Positions 23,725 through 33,040 of a stretch of DNA of 62,593 bases are shown piece by piece. Position 1 is the stretch's first letter. The number at the start of each line of letters is the position of its first letter. Source of the stretch: an uncultured Candidatus Saccharibacteria bacterium (lineage in GTDB: Bacteria; Patescibacteriota; Minisyncoccia; UBA6257; 1-14-0-10-40-38). The notes under the pieces were generated by a model. It did not search any database, was not told the origin of the DNA, and was given only the letters and a program-made list of their open reading frames with translations. The translations under genes were made by a program, and so were the position numbers. Where the stretch lies: the NCBI GenBank assembly GCA_964543265.1, contig CAZIWN010000003.1, forward strand, positions 1 through 62,593, written 5' to 3'.

Positions 23725-25470
23725 TTATGAGCGCTTTAAGAGTTTGAGCATCTTTTCGAGAGGCCAAGCGTTAATAATATCTTCTTTCTTTGCCCAGCCG
23801 CGGCGAGCGAGGCCAACGCCTAAATCTAGATAAGAAAAACCGCCGATTGAATGGGTATCGGAATCGATAGACATTTTTACGCCTGATTCAACGCACATTT
23901 TTATATATTCGTCGTTTAAGTCTAGTCTTTCTGGCTGAGAGTTAATTTCTAAAATAATCCCCTTTTCTTTGGCATGTTTTATTATTTCTGGAATGGAAAC
24001 GGCATAAGGATCGCGCTTGCCCAATCTTCTGCCGGTTGGATGAAAAAGAATATTTACATAAAGATTATTCATTGCTTTTTTAATCCTTTCTGTTTGTTCT
24101 GTTTCGGACAAATTAAATAGCGAATGCACAGAAATTGAAACAATATCTAATTGTTTAAGGATTTCGTCTGGCATATCCAAAGAGCCGTCTTCTAAAATAT
24201 CACACTCCGTGCTCTTGAGAATTTTAAATTTAACACCTTCTTTTTCGAATTTTTTATTAAGCCTATCGATTTCTTTCATCTGCTCAATAATTCTTTTTTC
24301 ATTTAAGCCATTTGTCATGGCTAATCTTTTGGTATGGTCAGTTATGGCAATATAATCCAAACCATATTTAATGGCGGCATTAGCCATTTCTTCTATGGAA
24401 GCGTCTCCATCTGTCCAATTAGTTTGAGTCTGAAGGTCACCTTTTAAGTCACCATAATTTATTAGCTTAGGAAGTTTTTTAGCGCGAGCTAATTCTATTT
24501 CCCCCCTGTTTTCGCGAAGCTCTGGAGGAATATAGTCCATTTTTAATGCAGAATAAATATCTTCCTCTGTTTCTCCAGCAATATACTTTTCTTCGCCATC
24601 GTCTGAAATTTTATAAAGCCCATATTCATTAAGCTTCATCCCATATTCAATAGCGACTTTTCTCAAAGCAACGTTATGATCTTTAGATCCAGTGAAATAA
24701 CTTAAAGCGGCGCCGTATGATTTCTTTTCAACTACGCGCAGATCAACTTGAATACCTGATTTTAAAAGAACGGCTGATTTGGTTTCACCTTTGGCTAAAA
24801 TCTGAAGCACGCCATCCATGCTGGTAAAAAAATCCATAACTGGGGCGCTGTTTTTTGATTCAATTAAGATATCTACATCGCCTATGGTTTCTTTTCTCCT
24901 TCTAATGGAGCCGACGATATCAAGACGCGTTACGCCTTTGATGTTTTTTAGATCTGTTTCGATTTTTTTTATTTCAGACGATAGATAGCCGTATAAAAAT
25001 CTGCCCTTTGATCTTTTTAAAAATTCTATCCCTTTTAATATATTTTCTTCGCTTTTAGCGCCAAAACCCTCTAGAGATTTTATTTTCCCGCTTTTGGCGG
25101 CACTCTCTAAATCTTCTAGATTTTTTATGTCTAATTTTTTATAAAGAGCTTTGATTTTTTTAGGTCCCAGTCCACCAACTCGTCTTAGATTAGTTAAATC
25201 AACTGGAGTTTTCTTTTTTAGATCTTCGTAAAATTTTATTTTGCCGGTTTTTAAATATTCTTCGATTTTTTCTGCGGTGCTTTCACCAATACCAGCAATT
25301 TCTTTTAGGGCGTCTATTCCGCCTTTTTTATACACATCGCCAAGATCAAAACTTAAAGAAGCTATAATTTCGCTGGCTTTTTCATAGGCGCGAGGCTTGA
25401 AAGGAACGTCTTGCATATCAAGATACTCCCCTATTTCTTGGAATATTTCAGCTATAACCTGATTTACCAT
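23725..25470 (-). CDS. polX: DNA polymerase X family protein with C-terminal PHP domain
   Basis: HhH motifs, nucleotidyltransferase GSIRRRKETIGDVDIL, PHP ITDHTK...HS...DSDTH. I chose the start at MVNQVIAEIF (ATG 25470) over the GTG at 25530, which overlaps the upstream gene. Confidence 0.85.
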   Translation of the reverse strand: MVNQVIAEIFQEIGEYLDMQDVPFKPRAYEKASEIIASLSFDLGDVYKKGGIDALKEIAGIGESTAEKIEEYLKTGKIKFYEDLKKKTPVDLTNLRRVGGLGPKKIKALYKKLDIKNLEDLESAAKSGKIKSLEGFGAKSEENILKGIEFLKRSKGRFLYGYLSSEIKKIETDLKNIKGVTRLDIVGSIRRRKETIGDVDILIESKNSAPVMDFFTSMDGVLQILAKGETKSAVLLKSGIQVDLRVVEKKSYGAALSYFTGSKDHNVALRKVAIEYGMKLNEYGLYKISDDGEEKYIAGETEEDIYSALKMDYIPPELRENRGEIELARAKKLPKLINYGDLKGDLQTQTNWTDGDASIEEMANAAIKYGLDYIAITDHTKRLAMTNGLNEKRIIEQMKEIDRLNKKFEKEGVKFKILKSTECDILEDGSLDMPDEILKQLDIVSISVHSLFNLSETEQTERIKKAMNNLYVNILFHPTGRRLGKRDPYAVSIPEIIKHAKEKGIILEINSQPERLDLNDEYIKMCVESGVKMSIDSDTHSIGGFSYLDLGVGLARRGWAKKEDIINAWPLEKMLKLLKRS

Positions 25471-25477
25471 TTTGGGT

Positions 25478-26119
25478 TTAGTGAATTTTATGATGCTTCT
25501 CGCTGAAATTTCTTTCGAAAGAAATTTCACTCTTTATATGAGGAAAGCTATTTTTAAGAGGCAAAAATAAGAAGGCTGATCCTATAGCTAAAAATCCTGC
25601 CCATAAGAACACCACCTGAAAACCGAATAAATCGGCATAATATCCTCCAACGGCTGTTGCAAGTGATGTTGCCACGCCAACAGCGAAAACTGATTCTAAA
25701 CTCCACTCAAAGCTAACCTTCTTCTTATCTACGTGCTTAGTGAAGAGATTGTACCAAGCTGGAACTGCCCAAGCCATACAAATTGCCAAAAAGACTTCTA
25801 CGGCATATAAATGCCATGGCTTAGTTGAAAAGGCATACATAATTGGTACAAAACCGCTTAATAGATATCCCCAAAAAACTGCCCAAAATTGAGTGCGCTC
25901 GCCATCTACTTTGTCTAAAAATTTTGCTATTGGGAGCTGAAGAACAGATTTCACCACCCAATACGTCGCAGAAACGAAACCGGCAATTTTAATCGATCCT
26001 CCCTGGATTTGATCTGTTATAAAAATAGAGAAAAATGGGGCAAAAGAAGCAAAGGCCGAGTTGAATAAAAAGTCGCTAGCAACCATGTATTTTATTATCT
26101 TGTTGATGTGTTTAAACAT
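25478..26119 (-). CDS. Half-size (6-TM) MFS-like membrane protein
   Basis: 213 aa, six hydrophobic segments, MFS motif-A-like LDKVDGER. No second half is adjacent. Confidence 0.5.
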   Translation of the reverse strand: MFKHINKIIKYMVASDFLFNSAFASFAPFFSIFITDQIQGGSIKIAGFVSATYWVVKSVLQLPIAKFLDKVDGERTQFWAVFWGYLLSGFVPIMYAFSTKPWHLYAVEVFLAICMAWAVPAWYNLFTKHVDKKKVSFEWSLESVFAVGVATSLATAVGGYYADLFGFQVVFLWAGFLAIGSAFLFLPLKNSFPHIKSEISFERNFSEKHHKIH

Positions 26120-26201
26120 AATTTAAGTATAGCCATGAATGGTTAAAAATTAAATGCCGAAAAGTGAAATGCACTTATGGCGCATTTTATATATCTACTA
26201 A

Positions 26202-27632
26202 TTAATAAATTATGCCTTGTAGCTTCTTTTGCTTTTCAGAAAAGATAAGAGAAAGAGAAATTGCGGCTATTACCCAAAAAATAAGAATTCCGGAAGATGA
26301 ATCCCAAAAATAATGATCGAAAATTCCCAACATAAGATTTCCAATCAGAACGCAGAAGCATAGAAGCGATAATAATTTATTTTCTGTTTTATAGAATAAA
26401 GACTTAGAAGATTTAATCAAAATATAAAAAATACACAGTAAAAAAATAAATAAACCAATAATTCCCATTTCTGAAGCTATAAGTAAATATAAATTATGAA
26501 CTGGTTCAAATTCCCAAAAATCCTTAAAACCGAAAAAAGAATAAATATTATTTCTTATCGAATAAGCAACACTGGAGCCGATTCCAACTCCCAAAATTGG
26601 ACTATCAGAGATTGTACTTAAAGCCATTTGAGAATAACTTATTCTTTCCAAAAGAGCGCTTGAGCCGGCAATATTTTGAAATCTAGGCAAGATTATGTCT
26701 CCTAAAGCAAAAACCGCAATAAAAATAGATAAAATAACCGAAATTAATCCAAACCAAATCCTGCCACTGCCAGTTTTTTTAATAATACTCTTAAATTTTC
26801 TTCGAGAATAAAAAAGAATTAAATAAAATAAACTTAAAGAAATAAAAGATGCGGCCATAGCAGATCTGGAAAAACTCACCATCATTCCGAAAACACAAAT
26901 AATTAAGGCGATCTCGGATATGGCAAGTTTTAAAATTCTTATCCTGGAGTGATTTATAATTAATTTTTCTATAAAATAAGCGCAAATCATTACGCATAAA
27001 AATAAATATGCTCCTAAAATATTTGGATGAGAAAAAAGCCCATATCCGCGAACAAGAACTGCCCCAGGAAAAGCCACCTTACTTATTCCCGGAAGGAAGC
27101 TTAAAAAAACCTCTCCTAAGGCATGTAGTCCAAAACTTCTAAAGGTAAAAAATTGATAGGCTGCTAAAAAAGAATTAAAAACTCCCATAAAAACAATAGC
27201 GGTTAAAAGCTTATTAACTAAGTTGTTTTTAAAGATGAAAAAGCCGAAGCAAAATGAAAACAATAAAATAATCTTTAACCTTAAAAATACCGAGAAAGAA
27301 AGAACTGGGAGAACCGAATTAATAACAGAGATTAAGGAAATAATTAAGAAAATTATTCCTATATTTACTATGTATTTATGACTTCTTATAAAAATCTTAA
27401 ACTCTAAAAAAGTATTTTTATTTAAAAGCAAGGTAATTAAAAAATAGATAAGGAAGAGAATGATGACTAAATCACTTAAATTAATAAATATAGACTGATA
27501 ATCGTTAGGTATTTCTGAAAATCTTTTTATTAAAATCCTGCGATTTATTGAAATTGAAGCAATAAAAAGAAAGATAAATAAATTATTTAAAAAATTCCAA
27601 GAAATTATTTTAAAATTTTGAAAGTATTTCAT
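26202..27632 (-). CDS. O-antigen ligase/polymerase-like (Wzy_C-type) membrane protein
   Basis: Polytopic 476 aa. FSHPNILGAYLF and EPVHNLYLLIASEMGIIG motifs. Confidence 0.65.
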   Translation of the reverse strand: MKYFQNFKIISWNFLNNLFIFLFIASISINRRILIKRFSEIPNDYQSIFINLSDLVIILFLIYFLITLLLNKNTFLEFKIFIRSHKYIVNIGIIFLIISLISVINSVLPVLSFSVFLRLKIILLFSFCFGFFIFKNNLVNKLLTAIVFMGVFNSFLAAYQFFTFRSFGLHALGEVFLSFLPGISKVAFPGAVLVRGYGLFSHPNILGAYLFLCVMICAYFIEKLIINHSRIRILKLAISEIALIICVFGMMVSFSRSAMAASFISLSLFYLILFYSRRKFKSIIKKTGSGRIWFGLISVILSIFIAVFALGDIILPRFQNIAGSSALLERISYSQMALSTISDSPILGVGIGSSVAYSIRNNIYSFFGFKDFWEFEPVHNLYLLIASEMGIIGLFIFLLCIFYILIKSSKSLFYKTENKLLSLLCFCVLIGNLMLGIFDHYFWDSSSGILIFWVIAAISLSLIFSEKQKKLQGIIY

Positions 27633-28761
27633 TAAGAATAGCTGTTATAAAAATTAGGAACAAAAAATAGACGGATATGGTTTTTGGGCCTCTAAACATA
27701 GACCTGGATTCACCAACCTTATTAACTTTGAGCCACATAAGAATTATAAAGATACATTCAATACTAAGAAAGATGCCACCTATAATTCCGGTTAGCAGAA
27801 TAAAACTTTTTAAACCAGCTATATAAAGAAAAATCGGCAAGAAAACTACGGCCGAGAATCTTATTATTTTTCTTATTTTTAAATCAAACCTTAAGATATT
27901 GAAAGTATTTAAACCAACTACAATATAAGAACTCCAAAGACACAAAACACCCAACACGCCAATTGTTATTAAAAAAATGGGATGAATTCGGTCAATCAAA
28001 CCAGAAACAGAATCTTCGGAAATACTCCCATAAGACAAACTCAAAACCCCAAAAACGAAAACTGCATAGATTATCCCAGGAATTATTGTTCCCAATAAAA
28101 CAGATTTTTTAAGATTTTTATCCGACTTAATACTTTTAAATCCCCTAAAATAATCAACCAATGAAGGAATAGCAACTGATCCCGAAAGAGAAAAGAGGAT
28201 GGTTCCTAGTGGTATAAAAATATTTTTTAAAGAAACTACTTCAGGAAAAATAATTCCCGAGCCTAAATTGGTTAAATTTTTAAATCCATAAATGAAAATA
28301 GAAAGAATAATGCCTATTATTCCCCACGTCACAAGGAGCTCTGTAAAAGCTAGTTTTTTAACATTTAGGAAAATTGCGAAGGATCCAAAAAGCCAAAAAA
28401 TTAAAACTTTTAAGATTTGACTCATGTCTGGGTAAATGAGATTTAAAAAACTCTCTGAGAGAATTAAATAAATAACCATAACCAAAATCATCTCAACCAC
28501 ACCCATCAAGATCGATGACCAAAAAGCATACTTACCTAAATACATTTTTGCATATCCCACAAAACGATGATTACCAGGAGTTCTTTTTATGATATCCGCA
28601 TACATTAAATGAATTAGACAGAATGCCCAAATACTTATTCCTAAAAATAAAAATCCCAGCAAAATGCCGGAACTTTTAAAAACATAGGGAAGAGCAAAGA
28701 CCCCAGCCCCAATTATGGTGCCGGAGAGAATACCCATTGGAAGCAAAAAATTCTTATACAT
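27610..28761 (-). CDS. Amino-acid permease-like membrane protein
   Basis: 383 aa, ~11 TM. N-terminal GTIIGAGVFALPYVF is typical of amino-acid/aromatic permease families. Confidence 0.55.
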   Translation of the reverse strand: MYKNFLLPMGILSGTIIGAGVFALPYVFKSSGILLGFLFLGISIWAFCLIHLMYADIIKRTPGNHRFVGYAKMYLGKYAFWSSILMGVVEMILVMVIYLILSESFLNLIYPDMSQILKVLIFWLFGSFAIFLNVKKLAFTELLVTWGIIGIILSIFIYGFKNLTNLGSGIIFPEVVSLKNIFIPLGTILFSLSGSVAIPSLVDYFRGFKSIKSDKNLKKSVLLGTIIPGIIYAVFVFGVLSLSYGSISEDSVSGLIDRIHPIFLITIGVLGVLCLWSSYIVVGLNTFNILRFDLKIRKIIRFSAVVFLPIFLYIAGLKSFILLTGIIGGIFLSIECIFIILMWLKVNKVGESRSMFRGPKTISVYFLFLIFITAILNEILSKF

Positions 28762-29121
28762 TTATTGTTTTACTTCGTAAACTTGATCGCCAACTCTGGC
28801 ACGCTTAGAGACTTTTACACCAATCAACTTTCCTTTTGGGGCTACGGAAACATTTTTATGATCTATTTGAATTGATTTTAAAATTTCTTCGAAATTTGTA
28901 GTTGCTCCTTTGATTTTTATTTTTGAACCTGCCTTTAAGGGTTTTTTAAACTTAAAAATAGCAACTTTTATTTTGTTGTAGAAATGAGTAACTTCCCCTA
29001 TCGGCTTACCTAGATTTTCAACTTTTTTTATTTTTACTACGGACTTTTTAATAACCCTGCTTTTTGTTTTGGGTTTTGATTTGGATTTGGACTTAGCCTT
29101 TTTCTTGATGATTTTGGCCAT
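28762..29121 (-). CDS. Small protein: Lys-rich N-terminus plus EF-Tu-domain-2-like beta-barrel
   Basis: KKKAKSKSKSKPKTKSR tail, then GEVTHFYNKIKVAIFKF..LKAGSKIKIKG...VGDQVY. Confidence 0.35.
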   Translation of the reverse strand: MAKIIKKKAKSKSKSKPKTKSRVIKKSVVKIKKVENLGKPIGEVTHFYNKIKVAIFKFKKPLKAGSKIKIKGATTNFEEILKSIQIDHKNVSVAPKGKLIGVKVSKRARVGDQVYEVKQ

Positions 29122-29172
29122 AGTAATTAAATTAATAATTTTAAGTGAGAACTTAAAATCTAAAGAAGAAAA

Positions 29173-29796
29173 TTAACAAATATTTCCTAAATATTTTCTG
29201 TCTTTTTCAATCATTTCAACCAACTTATCAACTAATTCAACTGGATCGCTCGAATAAACAATATTTCCCATTCCTCTATGGGAATTTTTTACTATTTCCT
29301 CAACCATATCCGCAACACCTCCGGTTTTAGTCAAAACCGCCATTGGCTTATTGCTTTCAAAGCCGATAGTGAATTCATTTAAGGTTCCTATTCTTCCGCA
29401 AATAAAAACTATACCAGCGGCTGCTTTCATTAAAAGAAGATTTCTGCCGGAATATTCTTGGCCCGTGTAAACAATGCTGTCATGATAATCTAACGGTAAA
29501 TGATAGGTTTTAACGTGAGCTAATTCTGATCCTGCCGGAGAATAACCGATAACAGTTCCACCTTCTTCTTTGGCGCCCTTAGCTGACCAATAAGGAATTC
29601 CGGTTGTGGCTCCAGTAACTAAAATCATTCCCCTCTTAGCAATCTCTCGCCCAACTATTTCGGCTTTATCTATGGCATCAATTGCGCAATAACCAGTTTC
29701 TGCGGCTCCAGATACAGCAATTGATAATTTTACACAATAAGGATCCGTTTCCCCTTTAACACCTTTTTTATCTTTAGAAGCTATTTTTTTAGGCAT
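29173..29796 (-). CDS. LOG/TIGR00725-like Rossmann-fold protein
   Basis: IAVSGAAETG..., LVTGATTGIPYWSAKGA, TGGVADMVEEI pattern. Confidence 0.5.
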   Translation of the reverse strand: MPKKIASKDKKGVKGETDPYCVKLSIAVSGAAETGYCAIDAIDKAEIVGREIAKRGMILVTGATTGIPYWSAKGAKEEGGTVIGYSPAGSELAHVKTYHLPLDYHDSIVYTGQEYSGRNLLLMKAAAGIVFICGRIGTLNEFTIGFESNKPMAVLTKTGGVADMVEEIVKNSHRGMGNIVYSSDPVELVDKLVEMIEKDRKYLGNIC

Positions 29797-29844
29797 GATT
29801 TTTACTTAGATGTGATAATTATAACATAGACACACTTCTTTATT

Positions 29845-31194
29845 TTAAAGATTAAATGATTCGCCTTGGCGAGGAACATAAGCAGAAATAGCTAATTGAT
29901 CATTTATTTTAGCTCTTAAAGCAACGCTTGCCGATTCTTCACCTTGAACAACAAAAACTTTTTTCAAAGAATGCCTCATGGGACTTAGCCACTCTATTAA
30001 TTGTTTTTGATCTGCGTGAGCACTCCAAGCGCCGACTGCTTTTATCTTTGCGCGAACTGGAATTTTTTCTCCAGCAAGAGTTATCGATTGAACTCCGTCT
30101 AAAAGCTGCCTGCCTAAAGATCCTTCGGCCTGATAACCGACTATAAAAAGAGTGCTATTTGGATCTGGAAGATAGCGAACCTCATGATGCAGGATGCGCC
30201 CACCATGACTCATACCTGAGCCGGCAATAATTATCTTGGGAGCTGGAACGGTGTTGATCATTTTTGAATCATCTGTAGTAGGCGTCATCGTGAGTCCCTT
30301 AAATTTTAAAAAGTGATCAACTGACTCCATTGTGCGGGATCCATCCTCAACAAAATAATCTTTATATTTTCTATAAACCTCAACTAATTTTATAGCCAAG
30401 GGGCTGTCTAAGAAGATTGGTATTTTGGGAATCCTCATATTATCAAACAACTCGTCTATGGAATATAAAAGTTCTTGCGTGCGCTCCATAGCAAAAGCAG
30501 GGATGAGAAGTGTTCCGCCGGCTTTGACCGTATCCTCTATTAAATCTTCTAAATCATCTCTTCTTACTCCACTTGGTTCGTGAAGTCTGTCTCCATAGGT
30601 TGACTCGATAATGCAGTAAGTCGGATTTTTATCATAAAAATCTTTGTTGCCGATAATTGGAGCTGGAGAATTTCCAAGATCGCCAGAAAAAATAATTTTT
30701 TCGCCCTCACATTCAATAACCAAAAAACTTGATCCTAAAATATGGCCCGCGTTATAAAAAGTTACCCTAAATGGACCAATTTCAAAGGGATGATAATAAG
30801 GAACTCCTTCCCAATAAAGCATTAGATTATGAACATCTTCTTCTTTATAAAGAGTTGGAAGTTTAAATTTTATAGCTTCTTTCTCTAAAATACGCTCGGA
30901 ATCAACTAATAAAACTTCTGACAAATCCCTAGTCGGAGGAGTGGAATATATCTTGCCCTTAAACCCTTCTTTTAAGAGTTTTGGTAAACGACCGATGTGA
31001 TCGATGTGGGAATGAGTTATTAAAACTGCGTTAATTGTTTTTGGATCATAAGCAAAAGGATCCCAATTGTGACGCTCTGAAAAATTACTTCCCTGCTGAA
31101 GACCGCAATCAATTAAAATTCTAAATCCCTCTGATTCGAGAAGATAGTTTGAGCCAGTTACAGATTTGGCTCCGCCTTGAAAAGTTATTTTCAT
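29845..31194 (-). CDS. MBL-fold beta-CASP family hydrolase (RNA-metabolising type)
   Basis: HSHIDHIGRLP, a beta-CASP-length insert and C-terminal SAHAD. Confidence 0.75.
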   Translation of the reverse strand: MKITFQGGAKSVTGSNYLLESEGFRILIDCGLQQGSNFSERHNWDPFAYDPKTINAVLITHSHIDHIGRLPKLLKEGFKGKIYSTPPTRDLSEVLLVDSERILEKEAIKFKLPTLYKEEDVHNLMLYWEGVPYYHPFEIGPFRVTFYNAGHILGSSFLVIECEGEKIIFSGDLGNSPAPIIGNKDFYDKNPTYCIIESTYGDRLHEPSGVRRDDLEDLIEDTVKAGGTLLIPAFAMERTQELLYSIDELFDNMRIPKIPIFLDSPLAIKLVEVYRKYKDYFVEDGSRTMESVDHFLKFKGLTMTPTTDDSKMINTVPAPKIIIAGSGMSHGGRILHHEVRYLPDPNSTLFIVGYQAEGSLGRQLLDGVQSITLAGEKIPVRAKIKAVGAWSAHADQKQLIEWLSPMRHSLKKVFVVQGEESASVALRAKINDQLAISAYVPRQGESFNL

Positions 31195-31253
31195 AAAAAT
31201 AAAATTCTAATACCAAAAAGGTATTGAATGATATTATTATAGACTAAAAAGAT

Positions 31254-32465
31254 TTAATTTTCTCTTTTAGTTATTTTCTCAACAGTATTTTTATCGCTCC
31301 AAGGAATTTTTTTACCGCCTGCCATTCTTAAAAATCTTTCCGAACCCTTGCCGGTAATAATGATTACATCACTGGGTTTAGCTGATGAAATTGCTGATTT
31401 AATCGCCTCTCCTCTGTCGATTATTTTTTTATATTTTTTATCTTTAGGAATACCTTTTGAAATTTCATCTAAGATAGTATCTGGGTTTTCATTAAAGGGA
31501 TCTTCATTAGTTAAAATAATGTCATCGCAATAGTTGCTTGCAATGCGGCCAAATTCTGGCCTTTTCCATTTATCTCTACCACCCCCAGCAGAACCAAAAA
31601 CACAGATAAGTTTTTTGTTGGGGCGCATCTTTTTTAGAGACGAATAAACTGCCTTCATAGAGTCTGGTGTGTGAGCGTAATCAACAATAACTTCGAATGG
31701 GTTTTTAATTACAAACTCCATTCTTCCTGAAACTCCTTTAAATTGAGAGATTGATGATATTATTTTTTCCTTAGAAACTCCAAGTTCTAAAGCAATACTT
31801 GTCGCAGCTGATGCGTTTTCTATATTAAAATCTGAATCGAACCAATTTTTAAAAACTTCTTTGCCGCCGAAAAACTTTTCTCTAATTTCTAATGAATTAA
31901 ATTTAATTATCTTACCAAAACCCTTAGCTAAGCTGGCAAATTTTTCACTTTCCTTGTCATTATTGTTTACTACAAATAGTTTTTCTTTTTTTCTGGATTT
32001 AGTGGCAATATTATCAAAAAATTTTAATTTTGCGTTCAGATAATTTTCAAAAGAACCGTGAGACTCGATGTGTTCTGGGTGGATATTCAAAAAAGCTGCA
32101 CAATCAAAATCTATAAACATATCTCTATACTGCACAACTCCTTGAGAAGTTACTTCTAAAATCGCGAATTTACAGCCGGAATTTTTTGCTTGAGAAAGAA
32201 ATTTTTGGATAAAAAATCTTCCTGGCATAGTGTTTTGTGTGGGATTAACGGTTTCAAGGTCGCCAAACTTCATATTAGCGGAAGATAACATGGCTGTTTT
32301 AAACCCAGCAGATTTTAAAATGAAATATAAAATTTCTGCAGTGGTTGATTTGCCTTTGGTGCCGGTTATACCAATGACATATAAGTCTTTTGAAGGAAAG
32401 TTGTAGATGGCGGCTCCTAAAAATGATAGAGAAAAATGATATAGCTGTTTTAGCTTAGAAAACAT
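31254..32465 (-). CDS. murE: Mur ligase family protein (MurE-like, short N-terminus)
   Basis: ITGTKGKSTT P-loop, DYAHTPDS, GSAGGGRD. Confidence 0.65.
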   Translation of the reverse strand: MFSKLKQLYHFSLSFLGAAIYNFPSKDLYVIGITGTKGKSTTAEILYFILKSAGFKTAMLSSANMKFGDLETVNPTQNTMPGRFFIQKFLSQAKNSGCKFAILEVTSQGVVQYRDMFIDFDCAAFLNIHPEHIESHGSFENYLNAKLKFFDNIATKSRKKEKLFVVNNNDKESEKFASLAKGFGKIIKFNSLEIREKFFGGKEVFKNWFDSDFNIENASAATSIALELGVSKEKIISSISQFKGVSGRMEFVIKNPFEVIVDYAHTPDSMKAVYSSLKKMRPNKKLICVFGSAGGGRDKWKRPEFGRIASNYCDDIILTNEDPFNENPDTILDEISKGIPKDKKYKKIIDRGEAIKSAISSAKPSDVIIITGKGSERFLRMAGGKKIPWSDKNTVEKITKREN

Positions 32466-32493
32466 ATAAATAACTATAAGTGAAAATTTCTTT

Positions 32494-32537
32494 AAAATAA
32501 AATCACCCTCGCCAACCTTGCGGTTAAACGAGAGTGA
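32494..32537 (-). terminator. Intrinsic terminator of GC-rich cassette 4
   Basis: On the minus strand: TCACTCTCG-17 nt-CGAGGGTGA (with a G:U wobble only in the minus-strand RNA), then TTTTATTTT. Confidence 0.6.
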
Positions 32538-32554
32538 ATTGAGTCAGCGACCAA

Positions 32555-32923
32555 TCAGGCCGCGACTACCACCCCCTGACCACCCCTGCACATCTGGAAC
32601 GCCGAGCAATCTGCGCATGCAGGCTTGGGGACTGCCCCCACGTCTTCTCGGCACACCCTCTGAAGTGCAATTTCCGAGAAGTCTCCTTCAACGTCGCTCG
32701 CGCACCCATCGTGAGGATCAAAGACCCCAACGACAGGGACCTTGTCTCCGTCTTCCGTGATGGGTGCAGTCTCGGACCCATCTTCTCCATAGACGACTTC
32801 GAGATCCAGGCAGACCGGCAGCCGAAGAGCATCATCTCGACGAGAGAGATGCCTTCCTCTGCCAACACCCCTCAACTGATTCATGAACTCTTCGTCATCT
32901 CTCAGCTGTCCCACACTGGCCAT
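32555..32923 (-). CDS. GC-rich acidic 122-aa protein with a C-terminal Cys cluster
   Basis: MASVGQLRDDEEF...CADCSAFQMCRGGQG. Strong G1 codon bias. SD-like AAGGCGGAG lies 9 nt before the ATG; the ORF-track version starts at GTG 32956. Confidence 0.5.
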   Translation of the reverse strand: MASVGQLRDDEEFMNQLRGVGRGRHLSRRDDALRLPVCLDLEVVYGEDGSETAPITEDGDKVPVVGVFDPHDGCASDVEGDFSEIALQRVCREDVGAVPKPACADCSAFQMCRGGQGVVVAA

Positions 32924-33003
32924 GGCCCCAAATCTCCGCCTTCTTTCCCTAGGCACCGGACAATTGCCCGCGACCCCATATCGCAGGCCAAGTACTGATT
33001 TAT

Positions 33004-33033
33004 ATTATATACCCTATTTTGAAATTAATGCAA
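33004..33033 (-). promoter_or_regulatory. Candidate sigma-70 promoter of GC-rich cassette 4
   Basis: On the minus strand: TTGCAT, 18-nt spacer, TATAAT, immediately after the ruvA stop. Confidence 0.45.
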
Positions 33034-33040
33034 CTATCCC

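Noticed and set aside
25471-25530. A GTG-initiated 20-codon extension of polX overlapping the MFS-like gene by 53 nt.
   Set aside because: The PolX family alignment pattern starts at MVNQVIAEIF. The internal ATG removes the overlap.
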